The translations under genes were made by a program, and so were the position numbers. A stretch of 64,000 nt of DNA from Vicugna vicugna (lineage: Eukaryota). Each line of letters begins with the position of its first letter. The stretch's first letter is position 1. Under the pieces are notes generated by a model. That model was not told the origin of the DNA, searched no databases, and was given only the letters and a program-made list of their open reading frames with translations. The DNA lies in NCBI GenBank assembly GCA_013265495.1, contig MU057880.1, positions 1,704,527 through 1,768,526 of the forward strand. Reading direction: 5' to 3'. Positions 13,213 through 26,357 of this stretch are shown here, one piece after another.

Positions 13213-13480
13213 TACATTCTCACCAGCAGTGTAGGAGGGTTCCCTTTTCTACACAGCCTCTCCAGTGTTTGTTTGTCATTTGTGGGCTTTTGAATGATGG
13301 CCATTCTGACTGGTGTGAGGTGCTACCTCATTGTAGGTCTGATTTGCATTTCTCTGATAAGTAGCAATATTGAGCATATTTTCATGTGCCTGTTGGTCTC
13401 TCCAAAGAAGACATCCAGGTTTTCTTTGGAGAGATGTTTATTTAGGTCTTCTGCCCATTTTTGATTGTGTTGCTTGCTTT
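13213..13480 (-). mobile_element. Younger L1 ORF2-end fragment without a tail
   Basis: TACATTCTCACCAGCAGTGTAGGAGGGTTCCC...GGCCATTCTGACTGGTGTGAGGTG; similar to the copy at 23170-23330. Confidence 0.85.
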
Positions 13481-13486
13481 TTGTTT

Positions 13487-13576
13487 CTTTTTTTTTTTAA
13501 TTTAATGGAGATACCAGGGATTGAACCCGGGACCTCATGCATGCTAAGCACATGCGCCACCACTGAGCTCCACCTT
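13487..13576 (-). mobile_element. tRNA-Ala-derived SINE (Vic-1-like), short form
   Basis: The reverse strand reads GAGCTCAGTGG (A box)...CTTAGCATGCATGAGGTCCCGGGTTCAATCCC (B box) followed by an A-rich tail. Confidence 0.9.
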
Positions 13577-14554
13577 GACTTCTGGAGACCATCTTAATTA
13601 CTACCAAGCTTGATCTTTAACTTGAATGCAGCATGAGTAAATGCCCTCACGGAAGAAGAGAGCCAGCCAGCATCCACTTGTCTCAGAAGGTCTCTTACCT
13701 CCCTACAATTTTACTTTGTGGCTTCTCCAGACTTCCGATGCCTTCAAAATATCACTTTTGTAATGTATCTATGTTTTCTAGTTGTTGCACTGAGAGCAAT
13801 ATCTGCTGTTACCTGCTACATCCTGTCTGGAAGGCAAATGTTTTATCTTAATATATTTGTCATTCTAAAGGTTCAATTTGGTCCCTTTTCAAACCTCTTG
13901 GTTCATTTTTATGGGCTCTTTTCTCCTTAATTGTATTTTCAATTTCCTCATATTTCACAATATACATTATATTTGAAAATTCTATTGATAATGTCTGCTT
14001 AAAAGTGTTGAGGGAAATATATGCCTCATGCTTTAATATACCTGGAAAGAAATTCATAATCCTCAGAGGTTAAACATAAAATGAAAGCAGGAATCCATAA
14101 AGGTAGAAATAACCCAAAAGTTGGCTTTTCTTCAAAGCAGAATCACAATTTATGATTAAATAACTTACACTCTATTGTATCCATTATAGGAAAGTAGAAA
14201 ATATCTTTAAGAAAAGAGTGTGTGGAAAGTGGATTAAATGAGGGGGAAATTATTTTTCCAATCATGAAGAATATATTCAGAGGTACAGAGTCTTTCATGT
14301 ACCATCTATTCTAAAAGAGAAAATTCTCATCACCCATGGAACAAAATATTTGGGTTTTGTCATAAAAACCCCTCTACATTGCAGCCTCTGTCCACCTGTT
14401 CCATTTCTAGTCAGTTTCTCTGTTGTACTTAACACTGTCCTTTCACTGTTTATATTTTTACATGCTTCATGTGATTTCACATCCAGCACCTCTGCTTGCT
14501 ATTCTGTTAGTCTGATCATTCCTCCATCCTAATTCCTATGGATAATTCACACTG

Positions 14555-15070
14555 TGGATGTGATCACTTAACATTTATTTCAACCTTTCTCTCTAGTATA
14601 CCTTCTTGCATGGTGGAAGTTAGAAAGTTAAAATGACACTTTTCTAACTCTATTGTGTCTCATATCAGCCTATTAATCTTGTAAGCCTTGAGATCAGAAC
14701 TTAATAACTAGGGAGAGAGAGAGTGGCAGAATTCCAGACATTGATTTTATTATAATACAAAAGCGGATTCAGCTTCCTGGCTTAGGCGGCTTCCCAATTA
14801 TAGCGGAATAGTATCCACTTAGAGTGAAGACTTGCTATAATTTCTCAGATCAGCAGATGGCTTCCTGATTACAGCAGGTGAAGCCCCTCAATTAACAACC
14901 CCAACCTGTAAAATGGTTTCGGGAAATTTTTCTGGAAGCTTAGACTAGGGTCTGTTTTACCAGTACTCCCAATGATTAAATGTCATTTAATGGTCCATTA
15001 CAAACCCCTTTCTCTTTGAACAATTTAGACAGAATTACATTCTTTGAATAATAACCCCAGTTGGCATACC
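14555..15070 (+). mobile_element. Old ERVL-type LTR (LTR33/LTR16-like)
   Basis: AGTTAGAAAGTTAAAATGACACTTTTC and a 3' ACAAACCCCTTTCTCTTTGAACAATTTAGACAGAATT segment resemble LTR33-type motifs. Heavily diverged. Confidence 0.4.
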
Positions 15071-15323
15071 CATGCTTTAAAATTTGACTGAGGTAATATC
15101 TCATCTTATTCAATATTTCAACAATTTGATTACCTTTTTCATAAGTCAACCCCAGAAAGCCATGCTGTTCTAACTGTGTGCATTAATTTTTATCATCGTA
15201 TTTAATACATTGTATTGATATTGTATCTTTTCAAATCTTTTTCCCAATTTGACTCCAAACTCCTTGAAAGTATACTCCATTTCAGATTACTATCAGGGAA
15301 ACTGTTTAAAATAAACATAAGGA

Positions 15324-15486
15324 GTGAGGAGGGGACAGCTCACTGCTAGAATGCGTGCCTCGCAAGCATAAGGTCCTGGGTTCAATCCCCAGTATCTCCA
15401 TTAAAGATAAGTAAATAAAAACACAATTACCTCTCCCAAATAAAGCAATAATAGAGAAATAAATTTAAATTAATTAATTAATTAAT
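15324..15486 (+). mobile_element. Vic-1-like SINE, long form
   Basis: tRNA-like head with GGTTCAATCCC, an AATTACCTCTCCC middle segment and an AT tail. Perfect 12-bp TSD TAAACATAAGGA (15312-15323, 15487-15498). Confidence 0.9.
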
Positions 15487-15849
15487 TAAACATAAGGAAA
15501 TCTCACTGTGGGTACCAGGTTCTGGTCCACTGGCAATGTCTTCGCTTTATCTTTTTTTCATCCCTTATATTTTATTAATTGACTATCGAACACTAACGCT
15601 AGTCCTTCTTTCACTTCATTCGTCAATTTTTTAAATCATATATTCAAACTCATAGGGAAAAACCATTTGAAATAAGCATTTTATACAGAATGTTGCTTGC
15701 TTATACTTACAGTAATGATTTGTCCCTATTACTTACCATCATTGTGTTGATAGAAAATCCACTAATTTAAATGATCATACTGATGAATTATCTGATTTAA
15801 TTATCCTATAAGTCCTATGCAGGAAGTTGCATTGCTTACACTTAATATT

Positions 15850-15960
15850 ACTTACAGTTTAGGTGATAAAATTAAGGCTTCTGGAGGGTAAATAATTTTG
15901 TCAATACCCAGAAAGAGCGGAAGAAAGAATTCAAAAGTCAGTCTAACTCCAGAATCAGCA
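15850..15960 (-). mobile_element. MIR fragment
   Basis: Decayed antisense MIR core ending GAATTCAAAAGTCAGTCTAACTCCAGAATC. Confidence 0.5.
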
Positions 15961-16132
15961 TGATCACTAATTGTCAGAACCTCTCACATGGATGGACCTC
16001 TGGAATTTCTACAGGTGGTAATAAGGTGACCACAGAAGAAAAGGAGGTGAAACGCATGGTGAATGACCTCTCCCTATGCCCTGGTTCATAGAGCTGCATT
16101 TGTGAAATCTGTTTTATAGATAGAATGAGTTT

Positions 16133-16546
16133 TGACAAAGACTTTCCACTTGACCAAACTTTAGTCAGGATCCTCTGAATCCTAGTCTGAATGAGGTCTT
16201 GACTTCTGGACGTCTATATTTGCCTTCGCATCACCCAATTTTAGCAAAAATCCTGTCATTTTAGTGAGAATCCCCATCCATGATACCTGATCACGCTGGT
16301 CGCTTTCAACCAGAATCCTATCAAGTCAGTTTAGCCAGAAGCCCCCTGGCCCCTACTGTTTCCTCTTAGTGGTTTTCCATCCACTGACACCCCCACTGTC
16401 TCCCTCGCTGTAAGCCCCCACTTGCCCACACTGTATTCAGAAATGAGCCTGCTTCTTCTATGCAGGTGTCTTTTCTCCTGTTAAAGCAGTTCCTGTATAA
16501 AATCTGGTTTTACCACTTCAATTTTAGGCTTTGGTTTCCTCTAACG
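16133..16546 (+). mobile_element. MER31-like ERV1 solo LTR
   Basis: Start TGACAAAGACTTTCCACTTGACCAAACTTTAGTCAGG, internal CCTATCAAGTCAGTTTAGCCAGAA, candidate TSD GTTT/GTCT. Confidence 0.75.
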
Positions 16547-17636
16547 GTCTGTCCCCACTTAAGATGTCCTAGGAGGAAAGCACCACAGAGCTAAAACTTC
16601 TAACCTACTGATGTTTGTTACATATGCAATACTTTTTTTAATATAGAGGACTCCTAAAAATAATACATTGCAGATATTGACTGCCTGTAAGTTTTGTAGC
16701 ATTTGATTATTGACTCTAAATTCAATAATCCTGGATTTTTTAATAACAGGATCATAAGTAATTGAGATTCTAGAAGGGATATGCTATCTTAATTTCTTTC
16801 CAGGTAAAAATGTTTGTAAGATATTCCTCTAGGGATTAATGCCACAGGCAACCAGGTGTGAGAAGAATTACATTTGCAAATCAAGCATAGCCATTGGGGT
16901 TATTAACATAACAAATATCAGAGCTTTGAACATCTGTTTGTTAAATGGTAGCCTTTATGGCTGATTCACTTGGAAAATAAAATTTACAAGTGACTACTAC
17001 TTCTATGGTTTTGCTATTACATGGTGAACATATTACTGAGAATTATATTAGCCATCAGGGGCCTTACCATATTACTGAATTACTTTGTTGAGAATTTTAC
17101 TTTAATTGGAGGATGATTTGTTTAGTATATTATATTACATTTTGCTCTTAAAATCATCACATACAAACAATTATGAAGCACCTAAATCAAGGAATCATAA
17201 CTTACACATAGGCCTTTTATTTAAGATTATAGTTGACTTGCTATAGTTCTATATTAGCCCAAAAAGTCAACATGAGACTCATTGTCTGTTGAAGATTTCT
17301 TTGTAGAATGAGCATCTTTAGTCCACAGTGAATATTCTGTAATGGAAAATTCAAGGCAGGAACTATAAATTTCATTAGATTTTGTCCAAGGACCTGACTC
17401 TTAGACTTAATTGTATAAGTTTACAGGAGGGTCAAAAATTGGCAAATTGGTCAAACTCTATGACATGCTGAAGATTTCAAAATGGCAGACTAGCCCTCAA
17501 AGGGACAAAGAAGCATACGCACCACTGATTGTTCATTGCTCTCAACCAACCCACACCAAGTAAGCAAATAGTTCCTCAGTGTCACATTGGAGATGGTCAA
17601 TGGCTCTAAAATATTTCTGTTAGTTATGTTACATCA

Positions 17637-18065
17637 TGTGAATGGAAAATATCACCAGCCATAACAGTACACAAAGGATGCTGCAGCCATCAAGTCATCA
17701 GCCACTACCGCCACCCCCAATAGTGAGCAGGAAGGAACTCAGGATGAGAGAGAACAGGATACTGGCCCTGGATAGCTAGGTTCACATCAAAGGAATGACT
17801 TCAATGAGCCCAGACTTTTGCACCTTCCCATACATAGGAAAGTGCTCAATTCCTTAACTTGAGATATCTGGTTTTCTTTAATTAGCAATAATCTTTCAAT
17901 GTTCGGACTACCTGGTCTTTGCTGCAAAAACTCCTGTGTATACTGGCTCCTCTCCTGTCTCTTCAGAGCAGTCCTGCAGAGTAATCAGAAAGGCTGCATC
18001 CTCAGTAAGTCCACTGAATAAAACAACTCTCAACTTTTAGGCTGTGTAATTTTTTTTATTCAACA
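17637..18065 (+). mobile_element. ERV1 solo LTR (same family as 33451-33946)
   Basis: TGTGAATG...TCAACA ends, AATAAA near 18017, TSD ATCA/ATTG. Collinear similarity to the reverse complement of 33451-33946. Confidence 0.85.
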
Positions 18066-18499
18066 ATTGCATCTCTGTCTACCCTAACACAGTTTGTCAT
18101 TTCACCGTGCTCTGAACTGGCACGGGGATAAATTAAAAAATCAGAGTCCTTTCATTAGGATGATATTCATTGGGATCTTAGGTAGAAAAACAATAATTCA
18201 AGACTAACAAGATAGATCTTTTCATTTAAAGTCCAATTTGAAAGCTAAACCAAGGGTTCAAAGTATCTTCGTATGGCTAGAGAGAATCCAATAGAGATGA
18301 CACAATTTTTGATCCTTACAATTGTGAGACTAGCAAAGATTTAATAGATTAAAAATGATCTACTTTTAGGTCTTTCGTAAGGTTTTAAGTTCCATTGAGA
18401 ATTGAATGAAATTCCATTGGGACTACGCTTCTGAACACATGCTATATTGACCATCATACATATGGTATCTGATTTACACCAATGATTGATATCCATTCA

Positions 18500-18910
18500 T
18501 ACCTATATTTTACAGATGAAGAAAATGTATTTTGTGAATTAGGATATTTATCTTATAGCTCCCATACACTCAAAACAAGCAAACTCCAAAGGAATCATGA
18601 AACTAGGAATTAAATCCACCCCATTTGGTCTCACAGAAGATCTTAGATATCTCCTTATTTCCCTTTTCCTCCTGAATTTTCATGGTAAATGGAAGCACAA
18701 TATAATGGTCAGATTGAAGGCTCTAGAGTCAGACCACAATGGCTTCCAATCCTTGGCCTTCTACGTACTAGAAGTTTACCTGTAACACAGTGATTTAACA
18801 ATTCCGTGCAGAAGTTTCTTTGTCAGTGACGTGGAGAAACCATTCCTAACGAGTGATGGTGGTTGAGATAATTCAGTGAGTTGATCGAATCCACACAGAG
18901 CAAAGCACTT
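18500..18910. mobile_element. Two MIR fragments in opposite orientation (minus about 18500-18630, plus about 18700-18910)
   Basis: ATTTTACAGATGAAGAAA (minus core) and GGCTCTAGAGTCAGAC...TTTAAC...AGTTTC (plus). Confidence 0.55.
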
Positions 18911-19089
18911 GGATCCATATAAATTAAAATTGGAGGTAACAGAGAGCCTGACTGATTTATTTTTGCTCAGTAAGGACCGAGGTGGCTAATGATGCTATCA
19001 AAGAACAAGTCTCCTAAATTTTTGCTCAACTATTCTTTGCATGTGACTTCTGTCATTGGTATCCCAGGATGAACACTGCACGTCAGTGT

Positions 19090-19330
19090 GCATGCCTGCA
19101 TATGTGACTTTATACCTAGGAAGAACAGAGAAAGCCAGGCAGCAAAAGGAACCCTCTGGAGATGAATAAAGTTTATATCTCATTAGCAAGAACAGAATTT
19201 AAGTGTGTAGCCTAGCTGCAGAGAGGCTGGGGAATAAATATTTGAGTTTCATAGCTTCTGTGGGAGAGGAAGAGAAATGAGTGGTGATATTCAGGCTGAG
19301 TGTTGAGTAAGTCAATTAACAGAACACACG
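19090..19330 (-). mobile_element. Old MaLR (MLT1-like) LTR fragment
   Basis: TTATATCTCATTAGCAAGAAC...CCTAGCTGCAGAGAGGCTGGGGAAT motif typical of antisense MLT1. Confidence 0.45.
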
Positions 19331-22300
19331 ACAGGTACATAGTAAGAATGCAGCAAATAGAGCCATGTCCTCTCCATGAATATCCTGCATTAGATTACTA
19401 CACTTATTCATTAACACTTAGTCCAGAGTTTATTTGAACTTTTGATTTGGTTAATTAGCTCAGGTTTTCCTAACTCCAATTTAAATTTCAAGAAGAGTAG
19501 TGATTATTTCTGTGGTTGGTCAAACTTCTTTTCCTTAACTGAGTACCTTCAACGAAGTTTGTGAAATAGGATTCTAATGCTGTTTTAAAACAACCATGAA
19601 TGTTGTGATTGGTGTTGGCTGGTGGTTGGGGAGAAACAGGCACCTGTAATAAAGAGTGTATGTTAAGTCTCCCACAATACATATAGAATTGATCGTAATC
19701 TCTACTGGTGTTTTCTAAGATATCAGCGTAGAAGTGAAATCTACTTTACCATGCCTGGCATAGCACAAGAGGGCTTAGATAAAAGGGCCATTAGAATGTT
19801 TTTTGATATTATTATTCTCCAATATAACCATAAAACATTGTCTCAGCCTCTAATAGTTAATATATTACTTATATGTGACAGAATATATTACTACAAGTTT
19901 ATTGTGCCTATGCAAAAAACTAGTTCTTTGAACCGTCAGCTATAGATTTAATTTGTGCAAAATATCTTATGTTAATTAGATGCCTGCCTAAAAATCTATG
20001 CTCTCTCTACAATACATAATTCCTGTACCTTAAAGTTTATTATTAGTAATTAGTGTTATTGAATAAATCTGATTACACATTTAAAAATCTAATCTAGTAT
20101 GGAGAAGGAAGTTTCCATTTTATTTCATTAGTTTTATAATCATGAAGGAATTCCCTTTCAGGTCCCATATATAATTTTCTTAAAGTTAATGAAACATTAT
20201 AATTTTTCTAACATTTATTGACTATTTCTAATGTACCAAATGCCCTTTCCAATGAGATCACTAGAAAGGGTTTCTGAAATATGAGAAATAGTCAACCAAT
20301 ATTAACAAAAATTATGAAGATTTATTAAGTATTTAAGAAAATGACACATGTAATATGAGAATGATATTACATATTTATATACAGATGCAAAACATACATG
20401 CATATATAAACAAATAAACACATACATTTAATCCTCTTAATAGTTCTATGGACACATGGAGTTATTTAGTTAAAATATATATTATTTATATTCCATAGTT
20501 ATAAGTCATCCAAAATAATGCATCTAGAAATTGATGGATCCTTTTTAAATCCAGAGGATCTAGCTTCAAAGCTATCACTCTAAAATGCTATCCTCTGTGA
20601 GCTCCTATAATCTAAGAATGTTTGTCTTTTAAATTTAAATGCATAATTGTTATTAAAACCGTTAATGAGGTTATAGAGTAAGCTCCAAATCTTGTCCATT
20701 TCCAACATTTATTGCAAGTCCTTGAGAAAAGAATTATGTTACATCCACTTCTTATGATGTCTAGCTAAGTATTTGAGGTGTTGTAACTTCTCTGGTTAAA
20801 TGTTTTTCAGTAATTATTAATAGCCATGTAAAAGAAAGTGCAGTTTAGATGCTATGGATAAAAGGGAAATTATTTCTCTCTAAGAGAATGTCAAATGAAA
20901 GAAACTTTCAGAAATATGTCTAGTCGTTTGTTTCTGTTTCTACTATAGACAAAAATTATAATGTGACAGTAATGTTGTGGGATATTTCAATTTAATAAGG
21001 ATTAAAAGCAGATTTTGTCGGCAGGTGTGTGAGAGTGTGCTGGAGGGGGAAGCGGTCGATGAGATGAGGTTTGTGATGTAACACAATCTATTTATAAATG
21101 CAAAATGAGAAGAATAAAGTCAATTTCTAGTTACAATGGGAAGCCAGGAGGATGGTCATTAATGTCTACACTGGGGAAGTAAGCAAGGTTCATAGAAAGT
21201 GTTGCTGAATCTACTTACTGACTACTTGCTATCCATTCTCATATTCTTTCTTATTAACAGAAACCCAGTGTTATCTGGGACTCAATTACACTCAATTAGA
21301 AACATAGCTTGTGGACACTGAACAAAACTGAGGTTCTGTTAGTTAAGAGAAAGGCTAGACTTTTCCATTGAAGGGGTTAACAATTTCTGCCACTGTAAAT
21401 TTAAACTAGAATGAAAACAAAAGAATGTAAAAAGTAGTAATTTGTACATCTGTAAGGTACTAAAAGACTACAGAAAGAATTTTCTATTGGTTTCTATGAT
21501 TATTTATTGATGGTAATGTTGGTATTTCAGGCAACGGGGATTTTTGCGGTGGAGAAAAAGAACAGATGTAGGAGAGCTGAGGTTATTTATAAACTTGTTG
21601 GGCTGGATTTGAGTGGGAAGAACAGGTCCAAGGCTACACTGGAACTCATGGCTTTATCTTGAAAAAAGGAAACACCACTATGCTTTAACTCTGTCTATTG
21701 AAAAGTTCTAGAAACAAGAGCCAGTCAATCGTAGTACGCATCCTTAGGGCTCAGATCATCTAAATTCCAATTTTCTACAAAAAGAATCTACAACAATAGG
21801 AAAGCTGGTCACTTTGTCTGTGGAAGTGAGAAAACTTATTTACAAATGTAACATAGCCAAGTCATATTCAGGAAAAGTTCCAAGTATCTGTCACTTACCT
21901 GACCCATCTGTTTAGTTTCTACATCCAATAATTTTCACATTCGAATACAGCAGAATTTCTATTCTAATAAGTGGTTGATGTGTGATGGTGAAATGTCTCC
22001 GTGTGGAACATTTAGAGAACCTTAAAGGAATATGGGCTTGGACCACAGTAATTACATTTAGTTGATACCAACACAGGGCCAAAATAACACTGTCTTAAAT
22101 AATAAACACAATAATGCAAAGATTTACTCTTCTCTCATGAAATTCAGAGGTAGTCAGTCTAAAGATGGGATGGCTGCTTCATTATTTTACTAATGTCACA
22201 AACTTTGTCACCTTTTCTGATCCACACACTGACCAGGAAGAAGACAGAGTATTTACTGGTGGAAATGCTTTCCAGCATATTCGCCCAGTGTTTATTAAAG

Positions 22301-22451
22301 TTTCTGGAGGTCATAGACAATTGTCTTTACTTCCATTGCTTTGGCTTCTCTGATCTGCAAAGCAGCTGAATAAAATAAGGTAGTTCATTAACTCAGCAAA
22401 TTCTCACCTGGAACAATATAGAAATTCACTTACTGAAACAGAGAATGGATA

Positions 22452-23327
22452 TTTATTTTTATTTTTTTAATTGACGTATAGTTGATTTACAATATTGTGT
22501 TAGTTTCTGGTGTACAGCATAGTGATTCATTTATATATATTCATATATATATGTATTCTTTTTTTCATATTCTTTTTCATTGTAGGTTAAAACAAGAAAT
22601 TGTATATAATTCCTTGGGCTATACAGTGGGTCCTTGTTGTTTATCCATTTTCTATAAAAAGTGGTATGTATATGTTAATCCTAAACTCTTAATTTATCCT
22701 CCCCGATCCTTTCCCTTTTGGTAACCACAGTTTTTTTCTATATCCTTGAGTCTATTTTTGGTTTGTAGATAAAATTTGTATTTTTTTAAGATTTCACATA
22801 TAAGTGATATCATACGATATTTATCTTTGTCTGACTTACCTCACTCAATATGATAATCTCTAGGTCCATCCATGTTGCTGCAAATGGCATGATTTCATTC
22901 TTTTTAATGGCTGAGTAATATTCCATTATATATACATATATACACATATATATACACATCACATTTTCTTTATCCAGTCATCTGTTGATGTGCATCTACA
23001 TTGTTTCCATGTTTTGACTATTGTAAGTAGTGCTGCTATGAACATTGAGGTGCTTGTGAATTAGTTTTCTCCATCTATATGTCCAGGAGTGGGATTGCTA
23101 GATCATAGGGTAACTATTTTTAATATTTTAAGGAGCCTCCATACTGTCATCCATAGTGGCTGCACCAATCTACACTCCCTCCAGCAGTGTAGGACGGTTT
23201 CCTTTTCTCCACACCCTCTCCAGCATTTATTATTTGTCTACTTTTTAATGATGGCCTTTCTGACTGGTGTGAGGTGGTACCTCATCATGGTTGTGATTTG
23301 CATTTCTCTGATAATTAGGGATGTTGA
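22452..23327 (-). mobile_element. 5'-truncated L1 (3'UTR plus ORF2 end)
   Basis: T tail, AATTGACGTATAGTTGATTTACAATATTGTGTTAGTTTCTGGTGTACAGC, TCTAGGTCCATCCATGTTGCTGCAAATGG. Confidence 0.92.
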
Positions 23328-23776
23328 TTAGGTAACTGAAATCTGAGCTACAGAACCCCAGCCACGCTCTGATGTGGGACACACCTTTCCTTCTGGCTGC
23401 TGCCAGCAAACACTATTTAAAATGAGTACAGAGAACTGAGGACTTCTTCCTCTTTCAAGATCAACACTGATAAAAGCTATGGGGAAAGAATCAGTGTGTT
23501 TTTTTTTTTCTTGAATTATGAAGATACAGAATCCTTTGAAATATTTTAATGATACTATAATAAGGGGAAACTAATTTTTATTCTAAAGAATGTTAGTTTG
23601 GCTTAGCAACTGAGTCTTTGTTTGGTGGATTTGACCTCATCATAATACCTTTTTGGGAAAAATCAGGCAAGATTTGGAAATGAATTTAAAAACACACAGT
23701 GTATCCTTTCAGGGGAATGTTGTTTTCAGTGCCTCGTGGACACACCAGGAATTGGCTGATTCTCTGGTGCTACACA

Positions 23777-23968
23777 CTTTTTTTAAAATTAAAGTAGAGC
23801 TGATTTACAATATTGTGTTAGTTTCTGGTGTACAGCAGAGTGATTCAGTTACACACACATATATATTCCTTTTCATATTCTTTTTCATTATAGGTCATTA
23901 CAAGATATTGAATAGAGTTCCCCGTGCTAAACAGTAGGACCTTGTTGTTTATCTATTTTATATATAGT
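23777..23968 (-). mobile_element. Short L1 3' tail
   Basis: Same 3' end motif as the 22452 copy: GATTTACAATATTGTGTTAGTTTCTGGTGTACAGC. Confidence 0.85.
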
Positions 23969-25397
23969 GGGATTGCACGCTTTTGAATGTCTTATGACCA
24001 GACTATTTAATGACTTTGGAGAGACAGAATTCAAGTTGTAGAAGTTTGATTCTGATGCAAATGTTACCTGTCCACAGCAGAGCAGACGAGTCCTGTTCTT
24101 GGCAATGCACACGGAACACGTCTGGTGGAGAATATAATCTTTTATAGCTCACATTCTCCTATAAACTGGTTTTAGCTGCTGACTAAATTGCCCATTAATT
24201 AGTGAGTAAAATAAAACCTTTGACAGATTGTCATTTTATATTTGAATGATAGTTATTACTTTACTGCTTTGAAAATTGGTCCCACAGAGTTGTGGAGATC
24301 CCATCAAGATGCCCAGCAGACTCAGCTGACAGAGCCAGGTTCAGTGTGTTGGAGGAGGGAGGAGAGGGGCATTTAGACACAGCTCCTCTTGGTTCCCAAG
24401 TGACAGCAGGACTTGAACTTTCCTGCGTCTGTGTTTCTCTAGTATATCCCACCTGTCTCCTAATTTTGCAAAATTTTCACAAAGTGTTTTTAACCTATTT
24501 TCCATGCTTGAACAATTTCTGTATTTTGCTGTGAAGATACTTCTGTTTTGTTTCTTGGGGTTTTTGTTTGTTTGTTTGTTTGTTTTTCCGTTTTTCCAGG
24601 AAGCACATTTGTACACTGTTAAGAGAACTAGGTTGCCATTTAAAATTTATTCCATTTGCATCACATTTTCTTGGGACTAGAGACAAACTTCAAAGGAGAA
24701 ATGTGAATCCATTTTGTAGATCACAAAATTCAAAAAGTTTATGAAATATATCATTTGAGTGTCTATTTCCCTGATAAGGCACATTAAGTTTGGTAGCAAT
24801 TGGAGGAATTATTTCTTGTACCACATAGGAGAAAATGCTAAGAGCAACATTTTGCAGTTTATTTTCAGGTACACATTTTGGCTGCATAGTGTGTACAGCA
24901 GTAGGATTGGGAATGGCCTAAAGAAATTTAATTTTTTCTATTTGGGGCTGTATGTTTCAAGCTGATGGAGGTATTAAGTAAACCAATGATTTTAAAAAGG
25001 AAAAAATAGAGCCTTTTAAAGAAAAAAACCATGAAGTGAAAACTTTAACATTAGCCAACTTCTGAATATTTCATTTTTACTTAACTCAAACCTCTTAAAC
25101 CACATTATCATAAGTAATTCATAGACCTTCTCTAAAATATGAAGGAGTTATAAAGCAACTTTTCATATTTGAAGACAAGTCACGAAAATGCATTTGTATA
25201 AGTGGTATGCTCTATTTTGCTTCACAAATGCTAAGATTGCATATAATTGAGGACATTACGATTATTGTCTGTTTTCGTCTTCCTGAAGCAAAAGCTTCCG
25301 CGCCGCGGTTGACAGTTGCAACAATCTTTTTTTCTCACTTAATTTTATTGCCCTTGTCAGGTTTCCAGCTCTTACTTACCTCGGTTGAGGACACAGA

Positions 25398-26357
25398 GGG
25401 TGCAGGATATATTCTGTTCACGCCTCCAGGTCTGTTTCCCCTGGTCTCCCCGCTCCTTTCTGCCTTGGAGGCTGACCTGTGGACCAGACCAGGGGCTCGC
25501 TGGACTTCTCGCTTCCAGGTGGGTTTAGTCAATGGAGTGGCCCAGGAGGAGAATGAAGTTACTACATATCATTTATCCCCTTGACTCCCATGATGCACAG
25601 GCCAACTGTGTCCATCAGCTGGGGTGTTTTATTCTCACTGTCCTTTCCTGTGGGATTTTGTTTTCCAAGGTATGGTTGAGACAGGGCACAGCCACTGAAG
25701 GAGTGACACAGCAGTTGAGGACGGGACAGACTGGTTAGAACCAAGATGGCAGAAGGTTCGACTTCCAGTAGACCTTGAGCCTCCTGGCGCACCCACAGGT
25801 GCCATGACAGTGCCTCAGCTGACCCTAAAGCCCCAAAGTGGGCAGGGCCCAATTCCTGGAAACCCCCAGCCCTGCCCCCAAATTAGCAGGAATAATCCTC
25901 CCATTCATTAACATGTGATTTTACCAAACCTGTAAAAACTAACAACTCCACGCCTCATGGTCACTCTGTCTTTTGCCTTCTAAGGTGGCCCAAATTCTGC
26001 TCACGGAATGTGTATTTCCTAAGCCACTCCCTTCTGAGTGAAATGGATGGCACCCCAGCTAGGGAGTGTGTATCTCTCTAAATAAACTTGCTTTCAATTT
26101 ACTATGCCTCGCCCTTAAATTCTTTCCTTCGTGAGGCAAGAACATACTCTCTGGCAACATGGTGACCCTCCTCGGCTCTTGTCCTTTGCACCCGGGGCTG
26201 CATCCGCTCTGCTGTCACCAGCACCATAGACGCAACATCCTTTGTGGTTTCCTTCTGCCCTGCTTATACCTTTATATGTGGTTTTTAATTAAATCATTCT
26301 CAGGGAATTTATATTAGAGGGTGACATAAGTTTCCTGACAAACTTAACAAAGATGCA
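25398..26357 (+). mobile_element. Old ERVL-type LTR (LTR40/41/16-like) hosting a younger LTR
   Basis: GGAGGCTGACC...GCTTCCAGGTGGGTTTAGTCAATGG motif 5' of the insertion and an ATTAAA...GTTTCCTG terminus 3' of it. Confidence 0.45.
25677..26159 (+). mobile_element. MER41-like ERV1 solo LTR
   Basis: TG...CA ends and perfect TSD TGGT (25673-25676, 26160-26163). Ordered MER41-like blocks: ACCAAGATGGC, GCCATGACAG, TTCCTGGAA, GAATAATCC, AATAAACTTGCTTTCA, AATTCTTTC. Confidence 0.8.
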
